The position numbers and the translations under genes are program-made. DNA of 64,000 bases, from NCBI RefSeq assembly GCF_000189555.1, contig NC_017276.1; one strand, 5' to 3'. Every line of letters begins with the position of its first letter. Position 1 is the first letter of the stretch. The DNA comes from Saccharolobus islandicus REY15A. GTDB taxonomy: Archaea; Thermoproteota; Thermoprotei_A; Sulfolobales; Sulfolobaceae. This document shows positions 1 to 10,525 of the stretch, piece by piece. The notes below the pieces were generated by a model that worked only from the letters and a program-made list of their open reading frames with translations, made no database searches and was not told the DNA's origin.

Positions 1-1290
1 TACATTTTGAGTAGTATCTTTTTCTTTTTGTTTCTCCTCTATTTTACCATTATCATCTTTTCTGATAATTTTTTCAATTTCCTTTTCTATACATTCAGAT
101 ACCGTAGTACCAAATATTACGCAATCATAAATACGATTTTCGTCTATTACGTCAATATCTAATCTACTGATGAAACTCTCAATTTGCCTTAATTTGCTTT
201 CTATCTCATTATATGCCTTTAAAGCAGCAGCTAATGAGTCCCTAATATGAGGATTATCTATTTTTAGCTTATGTAGCTTAGAGTACTCGTCAATAAGTCT
301 TTGTTTTTCATCTATGCTTAGACTTTTTTCCGGGATAAATATTTTAGCGTTAAATTTACTAGCGATCTTTTTTACAGTGTCTGGCAATGGATTGACATCA
401 GTCGCTACTATTATTGCTTTTCCCTCTTTAGAGATTAAGGAGACGATTTCATCTCTGTCGATGTTTCTTCTTGATATTAATAGAATTGGTCTGCCATAAA
501 TATCAATTATTGATAGGCCAACTTCTGTACCAGGATCTATTCCAACAATTAATCTTCTTTCAGTTCTTTTGTCTTTAAATTCAATCTTATTTTTATATAT
601 TGGTTTAATATCTACTACTACGTCATGGCCTTTCATTTTTCTTATAATTCCATAGAGTCTCTCTCTAGGAGTATAAACTATGAATACTGCTCCCTCAATT
701 CCAGCCCTAGACCTCCTCACTATCATATCGTAATCAAATCCTTTCATGTCAAGTTTTTCCTTTATCTCCTTAGCTACTCGAAGAAGGGTTCCCCTTATAT
801 ATCTTTTATATCTATTTTGGCTCATTCCTCCTGGGCCTAATGCTCTTCCCCTTGACACTACTATTTTAGTACGTTTCTCTTCAATTTTTATACTAGTTCC
901 ATATCCTTTTAAAGCTAATAACGCATCTAAATATGCAGTTTTTTGTGGTGATAATTTTCCTTGCACTTCGTACCCCATTTCCCTAGCTAATTCCTTTATT
1001 TGTTTAAATTCTCCATTATGATATGTGACCTGAACGATGTTAGTATTTTGGGGTAATAGTTTCACGATATTAATGATCTCTTTATCACTTTCTCCTAATT
1101 CGTAAATATTGTCAGTCGCTAATATATCAACGTTGTATTCCCAACATAATCTAATAACTCTACTTAAACTTACGTTTTCTGCTTTATAGACTATTTTCTC
1201 GTTCTCGTCAACAATAATAACTGAGTATAGTGGCTGTGACTTAGAGGAAGGGCTTTCCATCGCCTCTATGTCAATTCCCATAATTTTCAT
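1..1290 (-). CDS. DUF460 domain protein (RNase H-like fold plus coiled coil), 3' end runs off the window
   Basis: Not in the ORF track. Manual translation from ATG 1290 gives MKIMGIDIE...KIVVSRGRALGPGGMSQNRY...LIVGIDPG...HIRDSLAAALKAY, open to the window edge. ATGA overlap with the rio2 stop. Confidence 0.8.
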   Translation of the reverse strand, partial: MKIMGIDIEAMESPSSKSQPLYSVIIVDENEKIVYKAENVSLSRVIRLCWEYNVDILATDNIYELGESDKEIINIVKLLPQNTNIVQVTYHNGEFKQIKELAREMGYEVQGKLSPQKTAYLDALLALKGYGTSIKIEEKRTKIVVSRGRALGPGGMSQNRYKRYIRGTLLRVAKEIKEKLDMKGFDYDMIVRRSRAGIEGAVFIVYTPRERLYGIIRKMKGHDVVVDIKPIYKNKIEFKDKRTERRLIVGIDPGTEVGLSIIDIYGRPILLISRRNIDRDEIVSLISKEGKAIIVATDVNPLPDTVKKIASKFNAKIFIPEKSLSIDEKQRLIDEYSKLHKLKIDNPHIRDSLAAALKAYNEIESKLRQIESFISRLDIDVIDENRIYDCVIFGTTVSECIEKEIEKIIRKDDNGKIEEKQKEKDTTQNV

Positions 1291-2150
1291 GATACCCCTC
1301 TTACATAATCGAAAATCTTATGGATATCTACATTTATTCCATATTTTCTAAAAAATATTATAAGATTTGATAGATCTTTTTCTAATCTTTCCTCAGATTT
1401 TGTTGCTTGTGGCCAATCAATAAGATACGGATTTCCATTTTTGTCTATAAGTACATTATACGGGCTTAGATCTCCATGTGTTATGTTGCAAATAGTGTAA
1501 GCTATCCTCATGGTTTGTAAAATCTTTTCAAGGATCTCATCTAAGTTTAGATCTAGATTATTAACAGGTACTTTGTAAAGCTCTATTCCATCGATATATT
1601 CCATTGTCACTGCGTTATACTCTGCTCCTAATGGCTTAGGGACATAGCCCCCTTCATTACTTAAACATGTAAGAGCTTCATACTCCCTTTTAGCATTTTC
1701 CACGGTAATTGAAAGCCAACTTTTCTTTTTCAGGCTTTTTCTAAACTTAACTTTCTTATAACTATCCGTACCAACTCGATGAAACTTAACTATTATTTTA
1801 TTATCATTAAAATCATACCCATAATATACTACGCTTTCTTTTCCTATTCCTACTATCTCTGCTAATCTATTCAAGATTTTATCCACAAATAACAGTTTTA
1901 TTCCCAAAATATCTAAGCCAGAAAAGGTTAACCTAAAAGATAAGTCTGTTGGATTTTTGAAAATAAGTCTAAGCTCAGATAATTTCATTAAAGATATTTT
2001 AAGTCCTTCATCGTCTTTAATATCTAATCTCCTTTTTAAGGAATTGAAACTAACAAATTCATTTTTATCTCTAAGACTATATATTGTTTTTAACAATATA
2101 TAATCAAAGGGTCCCACTAGTGATGCTTTCTCCGCCAGTGAAAGTCTCAT
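1287..2150 (-). CDS. rio2: RIO2-type serine/threonine kinase
   Basis: N-terminal wHTH region (FRLTFSGLDIL), IGIGKESVVY P-loop, VKFHR, HGDLSPYNVL catalytic loop, IDWPQ. Confidence 0.92.
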   Translation of the reverse strand: MRLSLAEKASLVGPFDYILLKTIYSLRDKNEFVSFNSLKRRLDIKDDEGLKISLMKLSELRLIFKNPTDLSFRLTFSGLDILGIKLLFVDKILNRLAEIVGIGKESVVYYGYDFNDNKIIVKFHRVGTDSYKKVKFRKSLKKKSWLSITVENAKREYEALTCLSNEGGYVPKPLGAEYNAVTMEYIDGIELYKVPVNNLDLNLDEILEKILQTMRIAYTICNITHGDLSPYNVLIDKNGNPYLIDWPQATKSEERLEKDLSNLIIFFRKYGINVDIHKIFDYVRGVS

Positions 2151-2169
2151 TCCTATTTTATATTAGTTT

Positions 2170-3999
2170 TTAACTATTATATGTTATACTTGTCTTAACT
2201 ATCTTACTCTTACCTGGAATTTTATCTTCAATATCTGTTTTTAATACATTTAGCCCTTTTATGTCTGGTAAAGCCCTACTAAATACTTTTATAATCTTTT
2301 GTGCTATTCTCTCTTTATCGTCATCACCTGGAGCTATGATAGCATAGTATTTAGTCTTAGCTGAAACGGTTTCTTCGCTTCCCACTATCACTGATACACT
2401 GTTTTCACTTAGTATAAGGCCTATTGCCAATTGTAGTTTAACGTTCTTTACGAAATTCTTTTTTCCATAAATCATGAATGAACCTTTATTCAGATATTCT
2501 CCACTTGGCGGTGATTTAGAGACTTGATTACCTAGAACCCAGAATACATCAACAGAGGCTAAACCTACTTTCCATGCTTTTGAGTAACTTGCAGCAATTA
2601 CTGCTGCATCATAGATATCATCTTCAAGGATTGTATTATTTTCTTGTGCTATGATAATTGTCGCTGGAGCACCTGCGATATCCGCATGGAGAAATATATC
2701 CTTATCCCTTAGGTATTTTTTAACTATACTTTCATTTTGACTTGCATCTTTTCCTGCAATTATTAAATATCCGTTTCTTGAAATGCTCCATCTGTATTTT
2801 TCATACCATTCCTTTTTCCTTAGCACCAGTTTTATCTCATTTTGCTTTTCTATTTCTTGCTTCTCGATTTTCTCTAATTTTTCTTTTAATTCATCTAAAC
2901 TTTCAAGAGCCCTTTCAATTTTTCTTTTATATTCCTTAGCTTCGTCAAAAAATCTCATTGCGTTTTTAGTAGCTGAAAGTAAAGTATCTAATTCAATTTC
3001 AACTCCATCTAGATTAAGTTTTATCTTTTTACTTTTTGGTCTATTGTCTAATAATAACTGATCTATTTCGTATGCTTTGGAAAGTATAATATTGCCTAAT
3101 TGTCTATAACTTTTTTCTTTGTTTTCATATTCTTTTATACTGTCCTCTATTTGTTTAATTGTGGTTATGATCTTCTGCTTCTCTTCTAAGATTTTTCTGG
3201 AGGATTTTTCAGATAACTCCTTTTGAGATATGGTATAGAAATAATCGTCTATTGCATCATTGAATCTTTGGTATTCCTTGCACCCATCAAGAGGAAAAGG
3301 AACTACAGTTGTATCTTCTATAAGACATGGTTTTATTTCTCCATTAATGAGTGAAATCTCTAAGTTTTTTATTTTTTCTCTTATCAAGTTAATATCTGGT
3401 GTAGTGCTTTGCAAACTAAGATAGTTTACTACTTCTTGTGGGATTCCTAAGGCTTTTGCTATGCTCCCTTTCTTAATTAACTTTTCTAATTCCTCTTTAT
3501 TAGGTTCGACCGTAGGTGGAGGTTTATATGTTTCCCCTATTCTTATGAGCCTATCTTTGAATTCTTTATATTCATTTGCAAATAATATTTTATCATTTTT
3601 ATCTAATATTACCAAAACTCCTCTAGGTAGTAGTTCTACTATTATCTTTTTCTCACCCCTTTTAAGTTCTAGAATTAATATCCTTTCTTGATTTAATATA
3701 TGTATATTTGTAATTATATCTCCCCTAATTAATCCTCTTAGTGTAGTTATTTTCGTTGAAGAAATTTTTGGATAATTATATTTCGTTATATTTATTCTTT
3801 TACCTGGCTCTATAATTAATTCTTGATCTCTTCCACCACAATATAATTTCAGAATATACGTATTTTCAGTATTTTGTACTAAGAAAACATTATCTATTAT
3901 ACATCCTTCTACCGCTTTTCTATTTTCTGTAATCCATGCTATTAAATCGAAGTATGTCATACTGTTTTTTCTCTGTAATTTTATATTCTGAGAGCTCAT
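2170..3999 (-). CDS. rqcH: NFACT/Rqc2 (RqcH, NEMF-like) ribosome quality-control protein
   Basis: FbpA-like N-terminus (IIVELLPRG), coiled coil, NFACT-R motifs WYEKYRW, GKDASQNE, FLHADIAGAP, SGEYLNKGSFMIYGKKNF. Confidence 0.9.
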   Translation of the reverse strand: MSSQNIKLQRKNSMTYFDLIAWITENRKAVEGCIIDNVFLVQNTENTYILKLYCGGRDQELIIEPGKRINITKYNYPKISSTKITTLRGLIRGDIITNIHILNQERILILELKRGEKKIIVELLPRGVLVILDKNDKILFANEYKEFKDRLIRIGETYKPPPTVEPNKEELEKLIKKGSIAKALGIPQEVVNYLSLQSTTPDINLIREKIKNLEISLINGEIKPCLIEDTTVVPFPLDGCKEYQRFNDAIDDYFYTISQKELSEKSSRKILEEKQKIITTIKQIEDSIKEYENKEKSYRQLGNIILSKAYEIDQLLLDNRPKSKKIKLNLDGVEIELDTLLSATKNAMRFFDEAKEYKRKIERALESLDELKEKLEKIEKQEIEKQNEIKLVLRKKEWYEKYRWSISRNGYLIIAGKDASQNESIVKKYLRDKDIFLHADIAGAPATIIIAQENNTILEDDIYDAAVIAASYSKAWKVGLASVDVFWVLGNQVSKSPPSGEYLNKGSFMIYGKKNFVKNVKLQLAIGLILSENSVSVIVGSEETVSAKTKYYAIIAPGDDDKERIAQKIIKVFSRALPDIKGLNVLKTDIEDKIPGKSKIVKTSITYNS

Positions 4000-4010
4000 T
4001 CATTAGACAT

Positions 4011-4262
4011 GTGGAAATAGAAGATAAAATATTAATTATGCGAGGCATTTTAGGAATCGTAGCCGGAGGTATCTCAACAATATTTTATTCATCGATTTAT
4101 ATACTTGTAGTAGTAATCTCCTTTTATGTCTTCTCAGCGATGCTTTCACTTTTCTTATTTAGGGAAAAAAAGGCAAGAAATGTCTTTGGCAAAGGTATCG
4201 GAATATATCTTTCTTCATGGTTTGTAAGTTTACTATTAATTTACAATCTCTCATTGAGATGA
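4011..4262 (+). CDS. Small membrane protein (83 aa, 2-3 TM), possibly EMC6/Rab5ip-like
   Basis: GTG at 4011 in frame with track ORF 3936..4262; the track start overlaps rqcH and is unlikely. Hydrophobic helices. Stop overlaps the next ATG (ATGA). Confidence 0.65.
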   Translation: MEIEDKILIMRGILGIVAGGISTIFYSSIYILVVVISFYVFSAMLSLFLFREKKARNVFGKGIGIYLSSWFVSLLLIYNLSLR

Positions 4263-4789
4263 GGATCATGCTAACGCAAAAATTCGTTGTAGATAGTATG
4301 CTTGGTAAAATTGCAAGATGGCTAAGAATTATGGGTTATGATACACTATACAGTAATGATCTTGAAGATTGGAAGATTCTGAAGATTGCTGAGACGCAAA
4401 AAAGAATTATTGTAACTAGAGATAGGGGTATTTATAACCGTTCTCTCAAAAGGGGATTAAATTGTATTCTACTTTCACCGGATTCCGATATAATACAAGA
4501 TTTGGCTTTTATTGCATTTAGATCTAAAATTGATTTATCTGTAAATATAAACGCCACTAGATGTCCTCAGTGCAATTCAGTTTTGAGTAAGTTGTCAGAA
4601 AGTAGGTGGACTTGCCCTAAATGTAAGAAAGAGTATTGGAAAGGTAGGCATTGGAAAACAATTGAAGAGGTAATAATTAAAGCTAATTCTGAGCTAATAA
4701 AATTGGAAGCTAAAAATGATTCAAGGGGATCTAGTACAGATACAAGAGTTAAACAACGAGATAGGACGGTTTCTAATAGAAATAGCTAG
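4259..4789 (+). CDS. Mut7-C RNase (PIN-like) domain protein with Zn ribbon
   Basis: [44 protein letters not shown]. Start moved to ATG 4259 (ATGA overlap). Confidence 0.88.
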   Translation: MRIMLTQKFVVDSMLGKIARWLRIMGYDTLYSNDLEDWKILKIAETQKRIIVTRDRGIYNRSLKRGLNCILLSPDSDIIQDLAFIAFRSKIDLSVNINATRCPQCNSVLSKLSESRWTCPKCKKEYWKGRHWKTIEEVIIKANSELIKLEAKNDSRGSSTDTRVKQRDRTVSNRNS

Positions 4790-5399
4790 AAAAGCCATTA
4801 AAGAAGAATTCAAGTTAGACAAGTTAGATTTGAGTAACTATAATAATCCCATTTTAGACAAAAAAGGCCTAGCCTTTGTAACTTTGGAGAAAATTACGTA
4901 TAACACGAGTTCCTTAAGAGGTTGCATAGGTTATGTTGAAGCAGTTGCTCCTTTAAAACAGATAGTAGCATCTGCAGCTAAAGCTGCTGCTTTTTCAGAT
5001 CCAAGATTTAATCCTCTACAAAAGGATGAATTATCAGAAATTATTATTGAGATTACAGTGTTAACAAAACCCGAAGAGATAAAGGTAAAAGATAGGTGGG
5101 ATTTACCTAAGATCATAAAAGTTGGAGAGGATGGTTTAATAGTTGAAAAAGGTATTCTCCATAGTGGCCTTTTACTACCTCAGGTTCCCATGGAATATTG
5201 TTGGGATGAAGAAACATTCTTGGCAGAAACTTGTATTAAAGCTTCTTTAGAACCAGATTGTTGGTTAGATAATTCGGTCAGAATTAAAAGATTCCATGGA
5301 ATAATATTTAGAGAGACTAGACCAGATGGAAGTGATATTATAGTAGTAAAACCAAGTGATATTAAATGTAAATTGAACGAGTTACTAAATAATTTTTGA
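4716..5399 (+). CDS. AMMECR1 domain protein (TIGR00296-like)
   Basis: [31 protein letters not shown]. Confidence 0.9.
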   Translation: MIQGDLVQIQELNNEIGRFLIEIARKAIKEEFKLDKLDLSNYNNPILDKKGLAFVTLEKITYNTSSLRGCIGYVEAVAPLKQIVASAAKAAAFSDPRFNPLQKDELSEIIIEITVLTKPEEIKVKDRWDLPKIIKVGEDGLIVEKGILHSGLLLPQVPMEYCWDEETFLAETCIKASLEPDCWLDNSVRIKRFHGIIFRETRPDGSDIIVVKPSDIKCKLNELLNNF

Positions 5400-5591
5400 G
5401 GATATTATAAGCTAAGAAGATGAACTTCGATTATGACTTATACAATAATCCTCGAGAATAAAACTCTTTCTTCTCGAATAAATACTTAAAAAATATAATA
5501 ATTATAAAGTAGGACGAACGAGATTTAGATAAAAAGCTCAGAAATACTTTTTTATGCCAGTAATGAGATGTTGTATATACGGTGTTAAAGA

Positions 5592-6293
5592 ATGGAACAA
5601 GAATATGCCGAACTATTTAGTGATGAAGTTAAAAACGCATTACAAGACGCATTAAAAGATATGAGAAATCCCGTAGATGTTTATGTATTCGTAGACAGTG
5701 AAGACTCCAATTGCCAATATTGTAGTGTCACTACTAAATTTCTGGAATTTATAGCTAGTGCAGCACCAAAAGATGGTAATGGTAGTTTATTAAAGGTTCA
5801 TATAGTTGATAGAGTAAATCAAAATGACAGAAAGATTTTCGAAGAGTTCAACGTGGAGAGAGTTCCTACTGTGGCATTTTATAATGGATATATTAGATGG
5901 ACAGGAGCTCCGTTAGGTGAGGAAATAAGAGCATTAGTTGAGACTATAGTAAGGCTTTCACAAGGCGAGAGCGGTTTAAGTCAAGAAACTGTAGAAGCTA
6001 TAAAATCTAAACTGAACGGTAAAGTAAAGATAGAAACTGTTGTCACGCCATCTTGTCCATATTGTCCATATGCAGCGTTAATGGCACATATGGTTGCTTT
6101 TGAGGCTTGCAGAGCAGGGAAGTGTAATGTTGTATCTGATGTAGTAGAAGCTTATGAAAATCAAGATATTGCTGAGAAATATCAAGTAATGTCAGTACCA
6201 TCTATAGCTATAAATGAATCTGTAGAATTTATAGGAGTACCATACGAAGAGAACTTTATCAATGCAATTTTAGAAAAGCAAAAGATAAGCTAA
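5592..6293 (+). CDS. pdo: Protein disulfide oxidoreductase (two thioredoxin folds)
   Basis: CQYC and CPYC redox motifs, ERVPT and MSVP cis-Pro loops. Confidence 0.9.
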   Translation: MEQEYAELFSDEVKNALQDALKDMRNPVDVYVFVDSEDSNCQYCSVTTKFLEFIASAAPKDGNGSLLKVHIVDRVNQNDRKIFEEFNVERVPTVAFYNGYIRWTGAPLGEEIRALVETIVRLSQGESGLSQETVEAIKSKLNGKVKIETVVTPSCPYCPYAALMAHMVAFEACRAGKCNVVSDVVEAYENQDIAEKYQVMSVPSIAINESVEFIGVPYEENFINAILEKQKIS

Positions 6294-6337
6294 AACTCTT
6301 TTATCACAGTATCTATTAAATAGTATAGTAGAGAGTA

Positions 6338-7027
6338 ATGAGGATAATTTCAATAAAGCTAACAGAGGAGGAGTATAAGGAGTTAGAAGAACGAGCTAGA
6401 AAAGAAGGTTTCGTTTTATTAAGCGATTTCGTTAAATCACTTATTTTCTCTACTTCATCTTATTCTCATGATTCTCAAGTAGATAATACGCAAGTTGTAT
6501 CAAGAATAGAAAAAAAGATGCAAGACATGATCAATCCTTTTACTTCTCAGATTGATGAACTTAAACAAAAAATAGCAATATTAACGGAAAGAATAGAGAT
6601 ATTAGAGGAAAAATTAGGTGAAATTAAGGACACTACGAAAGATATGAATAAAAAACCAAAAAAGAGTTTTGAATCTAAATCTGTTAACATAAAATCTGAA
6701 CCTCAGCATAAGAAGACTGCAATAGATATACTAAGAGACCAAGGTGTGATATATGAATCTGAATTAAAGTTAAATAACCCAGATGCATTTTTTGATAAAT
6801 TAGAAACTCAAGGAGCAATAGTAATAACAACTGACCCCGAGAGGATAGCTATAGATTCTAATTTCTATGAGGAATTTAAGAAGAAAATAGCTAGTATTTC
6901 TACTTCAGATGAGATAGAAGTTCAAAAATATTTGACAAAACAAGAATACAAGTTGTTCCAAAAACTTAGACAATATAGTGTTATATACTTTGATGCTGAT
7001 AGTAAAAGCTGGAAATTTGTGAGTTAA
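6338..7027 (+). CDS. CopG/ribbon-helix-helix N-terminal domain protein with coiled coil
   Basis: [24 protein letters not shown]-x-LSDFVK RHH pattern followed by heptad repeats. Confidence 0.65.
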   Translation: MRIISIKLTEEEYKELEERARKEGFVLLSDFVKSLIFSTSSYSHDSQVDNTQVVSRIEKKMQDMINPFTSQIDELKQKIAILTERIEILEEKLGEIKDTTKDMNKKPKKSFESKSVNIKSEPQHKKTAIDILRDQGVIYESELKLNNPDAFFDKLETQGAIVITTDPERIAIDSNFYEEFKKKIASISTSDEIEVQKYLTKQEYKLFQKLRQYSVIYFDADSKSWKFVS

Positions 7028-7535
7028 ATCTAGGTAATGTAACTCCTTTTTGTCCTTGGTATTTTCCTTGATATGGGTATTCCACTGGCGTAAGCGTTCT
7101 GGCAAAGATCAAGTGGATAAATCTTGTACTTCTCTTTAATTTTACAGGAAAAGACGAGCCTACAACTTCTATTGTAACTTGTCCTTTAAATCCTGCATCA
7201 ACTATTGTAGGTGGGATAAATAGACCTAATCTAGCGAACGTTGACCTTAGATTTACGAAAGCCATAACATCATTATTCAATTCTATATACTCTTCAGTTG
7301 TTAACAGCACATGTTCGTAGGGCTGGATTATAAATTCCTCTCCTTTCTCCGTTTGGAAGAATGAAGGATCGGGATTATCTGGATCAAACACTTTATCAGT
7401 TTTTTTGAATCTAGCTATTTCATTACCTACTCTTAGGTCAACTCCGTTTTCCCTTACTGTATCCTCCCTTAAGGGCTGGATTTTTATCCAGCTCTTCTCT
7501 AAATAATACTTCAAATCCCTATCAGATAGAATCAT
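6981..7535 (-). CDS. dcd: dCTP deaminase
   Basis: MILSDRDL start at 7535, [37 protein letters not shown]. Confidence 0.93.
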   Translation of the reverse strand: MILSDRDLKYYLEKSWIKIQPLREDTVRENGVDLRVGNEIARFKKTDKVFDPDNPDPSFFQTEKGEEFIIQPYEHVLLTTEEYIELNNDVMAFVNLRSTFARLGLFIPPTIVDAGFKGQVTIEVVGSSFPVKLKRSTRFIHLIFARTLTPVEYPYQGKYQGQKGVTLPRFNSQISSFYYQHQSI

Positions 7536-7598
7536 ATTAAAAATATTGTAGTTATAAAGGGTTAAAAACCAGTACCTTCCTATATTCATATTGCATAG

Positions 7599-7660
7599 GT
7601 GTTCAGAGTAACTCTGACTCTTCATCTGAAGTCGGTAATTGCCGAGTATTCATCATCCAT
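7599..7660 (-). ncRNA. Box C/D 2'-O-methylation guide sRNA
   Basis: Minus strand reads C box ATGATGA (7656-7650), 14-nt guide, D' CCGA, C' ATGAAGA, 12-nt guide GTCAGAGTTACT, D box CTGA (7606-7603). The D guide is complementary to the conserved 23S helix 69 loop sequence AGUAACUCUGAC. Confidence 0.85.
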
Positions 7661-7700
7661 GAAATGATTATAAATAACTGCAGATAATATAAATTAATCT

Positions 7701-9506
7701 ATGGAGTTTAAAGTTATTGCCGAATACTTTGATAAATTAGAGAAGATATCTTCAAGGCTCCAGCTTACAGCTTTACTGGCTGATCTTTTAAGCAAAAGTG
7801 ATAAGGCAATTATAGATAAGGTAGTTTATATTATACAAGGCAAATTATGGCCTGATTTTCTAGGTTATCCAGAGCTTGGAATTGGAGAGAAATTCTTAAT
7901 AAAAGCAATTAGTATAGCTACGAACACAGATGAAAATTCAGTGGAAAATCTCTATAAGTCAATAGGTGATCTTGGAGAAGTAGCTCGAAGGTTGAAAAGT
8001 AAGCAGCAAAGTACAGGAATTTTAGGTTTTTTGGGTACATCAAGTAAAGAGAGCTTAAAAGTGGATGAAGTTTACTCTACGTTATCTAAGGTGGCATTAA
8101 CTACGGGAGAGGGTAGTAGAGATTTAAAGATAAGATTACTGGCAGGATTGTTAAAAAAGGCAGATCCGTTAGAGGCCAAGTTCCTAGTTAGGTTTGTTGA
8201 AGGTCGACTTAGAGTTGGTATAGGAGATGCGACAGTTTTAGATGCTATGGCAATAGCTTTTGGCGGGGGGCAATCAGCATCAGAAATAGTTGAAAGAGCT
8301 TATAATCTTAGGGCGGATCTAGGAAACATTGCAAAAATTATAGTAGAGAAGGGAATTGAAGCCTTAAAGACTCTAAAACCTGAAGTTGGAATACCAATTA
8401 GACCGATGCTAGCTGAAAGGTTATCAAATCCTGAAGAAATATTAAAGAAAGTAGGTGGAAGTGCATTAGTCGATTATAAATACGATGGAGAGAGGGCCCA
8501 AATACACAAAAAAGATGACAAAATTTTTATATTTTCTCGAAGATTAGAGAACATTACTTCTCAGTATCCAGATGTAGTAGAGTATATTAGTAAATACACT
8601 GAAGGCAAAGAGTTCATTATAGAAGGAGAAATAGTGGCTGTAGATCCAGAAAGCGGTGAGATGAGATCATTTCAAGAATTAATGCACAGAAAGAGGAAGT
8701 CAGATATTTACGAAGCAATTAAAGAGTACCCAGTAAACGTATTTCTCTTTGATTTAATGTATTATGAAGATGTAGATTATACTACAAAGCCATTAGAAGT
8801 TAGGAGAAAATTGTTAGAAAGTATTGTAAAACCAAACGACTATGTAAAAATAGCTCATCATATTCAAGTTAATAATGTAGAGGATCTTAAATCGTTCTTC
8901 TATCGAGCAATATCTGAGGGTGGAGAGGGAGTAATGGTGAAGGCAATTGGAAAAGATGCAATATATCAAGCCGGTGCTAGGGGTTGGTTATGGATAAAGC
9001 TTAAACGTGATTATCAAAGCGAGATGGCTGATACAGTAGACTTAGTAGTTGTTGGTGGTTTCTATGGGAAGGGTAAAAGAGGCGGCAAGATAAGCTCACT
9101 ATTAATGGCCGCATATAATCCTAAGACTGATACTTTCGAATCTGTTTGCAAGGTGGCTAGTGGCTTCTCAGATGAGCAACTTGATGAGTTACAGAAGAAG
9201 TTAATGGAAATAAAGAGGGATATAAAACATCCTAGAGTTAATTCTAAGATGGAACCAGATATATGGGTAGAGCCAGTTTATGTAGCGGAAATAATTGGAG
9301 CGGAGATAACAATATCTCCTTTACATACTTGTTGTCAAGGCGTCGTAGAGAAGGATGCTGGTTTATCTATAAGATTTCCTCGATTTATAAGATGGAGAGA
9401 TGATAAAAGTCCAGAAGATGCTACAACTACTGATGAGATACTTGAAATGTACAACAAGCAGCCTAAGAAGAAGATCGAATCACCACCTATAGACGAGAGC
9501 GTTTAA
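7701..9506 (+). CDS. lig: ATP-dependent DNA ligase
   Basis: Motif [42 protein letters not shown]. Confidence 0.97.
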   Translation: MEFKVIAEYFDKLEKISSRLQLTALLADLLSKSDKAIIDKVVYIIQGKLWPDFLGYPELGIGEKFLIKAISIATNTDENSVENLYKSIGDLGEVARRLKSKQQSTGILGFLGTSSKESLKVDEVYSTLSKVALTTGEGSRDLKIRLLAGLLKKADPLEAKFLVRFVEGRLRVGIGDATVLDAMAIAFGGGQSASEIVERAYNLRADLGNIAKIIVEKGIEALKTLKPEVGIPIRPMLAERLSNPEEILKKVGGSALVDYKYDGERAQIHKKDDKIFIFSRRLENITSQYPDVVEYISKYTEGKEFIIEGEIVAVDPESGEMRSFQELMHRKRKSDIYEAIKEYPVNVFLFDLMYYEDVDYTTKPLEVRRKLLESIVKPNDYVKIAHHIQVNNVEDLKSFFYRAISEGGEGVMVKAIGKDAIYQAGARGWLWIKLKRDYQSEMADTVDLVVVGGFYGKGKRGGKISSLLMAAYNPKTDTFESVCKVASGFSDEQLDELQKKLMEIKRDIKHPRVNSKMEPDIWVEPVYVAEIIGAEITISPLHTCCQGVVEKDAGLSIRFPRFIRWRDDKSPEDATTTDEILEMYNKQPKKKIESPPIDESV

Positions 9507-9537
9507 AATATATCGGGGCTCTACATATGGTATTAAT

Positions 9538-10524
9538 GTGCAGAATCTTGTAAAGATACTTCCTAATGGGGCTATTTTAATCGGTGAAAAATTTACTATT
9601 GATGGACATTATGAACGTCCATTCAGGGTTGTGACGCATTTTCATGCTGATCATATAATGGGTCTTGAGAAAAGTATTTCCATCTGTGATAGTATAATTG
9701 CAACACCCATTACGTTAGACATATTAAATCTAGATTATGCCATACCACCAAGAAAGGCGTTTGGTTTAAATTACGATATAAAAATGACTTTTGATGACGA
9801 GACTATTGTGCTAAAGAAGTCAGATCATGTAATAGGTTCTGCGCAAGTTCTTATTACACTTAAAAACGGTTTAGAAATAGGGTATACTGGTGATTTTAAG
9901 AATCCAGATAAAGGTACTCCTATACTCCATCCAGATATTTTAATAATTGAAGCTACATATGGCAAACCGGATTTCAGAAGGCCATTTAAAGATGATGTGG
10001 AGAGTTTATTTGCAGATTACGTTAGAGACGCGCTTATGAATAGTCCAGTGAGAATCTACGGTTATCATGGGAAATTACAAGAGATAATGCTTAGCTTGAG
10101 AAAAATGGGTATTGACGCTCCTTTTATAGTAGGTGGCAAAATTTCCAAGATGACCAATATTGCAATAAAGTACGGCTATAACATAAGCCAAGTTTTTGAT
10201 GAGAGTCAAAGTGAGGCTAGAGAAATAATGCGTGACGACTGGTATATTTCTTTTTCTCATTATAATGAATTCAAACGAAGAAATGGTAAATATTTTAATT
10301 TCTTGTTAAGTGGGTGGGAATTTAAGGATGTGGTGAAAAAGATTGATGAAAAGTCGTATGCAGTATCCTTTAGCGACCATGCTGATTTCGACGATCTCAT
10401 ATATTACGTGGAAAGAACTTCTGCTAAGTATATCATAACTGATGGCGGAAGGAGAAGCTATGGTAAAGAGCTAGCTGAATACATTTCCAAAAAATTAGGT
10501 AAAGTAGCGGTTAGTATGCCGTAG
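9538..10524 (+). CDS. Metallo-beta-lactamase/beta-CASP-like nuclease
   Basis: THFHADH, DHVIGS, YTGDF, EATYG, SFSDHAD. GTG start. Confidence 0.85.
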   Translation: MQNLVKILPNGAILIGEKFTIDGHYERPFRVVTHFHADHIMGLEKSISICDSIIATPITLDILNLDYAIPPRKAFGLNYDIKMTFDDETIVLKKSDHVIGSAQVLITLKNGLEIGYTGDFKNPDKGTPILHPDILIIEATYGKPDFRRPFKDDVESLFADYVRDALMNSPVRIYGYHGKLQEIMLSLRKMGIDAPFIVGGKISKMTNIAIKYGYNISQVFDESQSEAREIMRDDWYISFSHYNEFKRRNGKYFNFLLSGWEFKDVVKKIDEKSYAVSFSDHADFDDLIYYVERTSAKYIITDGGRRSYGKELAEYISKKLGKVAVSMP

Positions 10525-10525
10525 A

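Noticed and set aside
314-1021. Plus-strand ORFs 314..499, 625..840 and 746..1021
   Set aside because: They are antisense shadows of the DUF460 gene. The same applies to the many short track ORFs opposite lig, hem, cdc48, lys, cedB, cimA and upsX.
5452-5477. TCGAGAA/TTCTCGA inverted repeat upstream of pdo
   Set aside because: Only 7 bp, single occurrence in AT-rich DNA, and no supporting boxes or second site.
7536-7625. 30-codon N-terminal extension of dcd in the ORF track
   Set aside because: The Dcd family starts at MILSD (7535) and the extension runs into the C/D sRNA.
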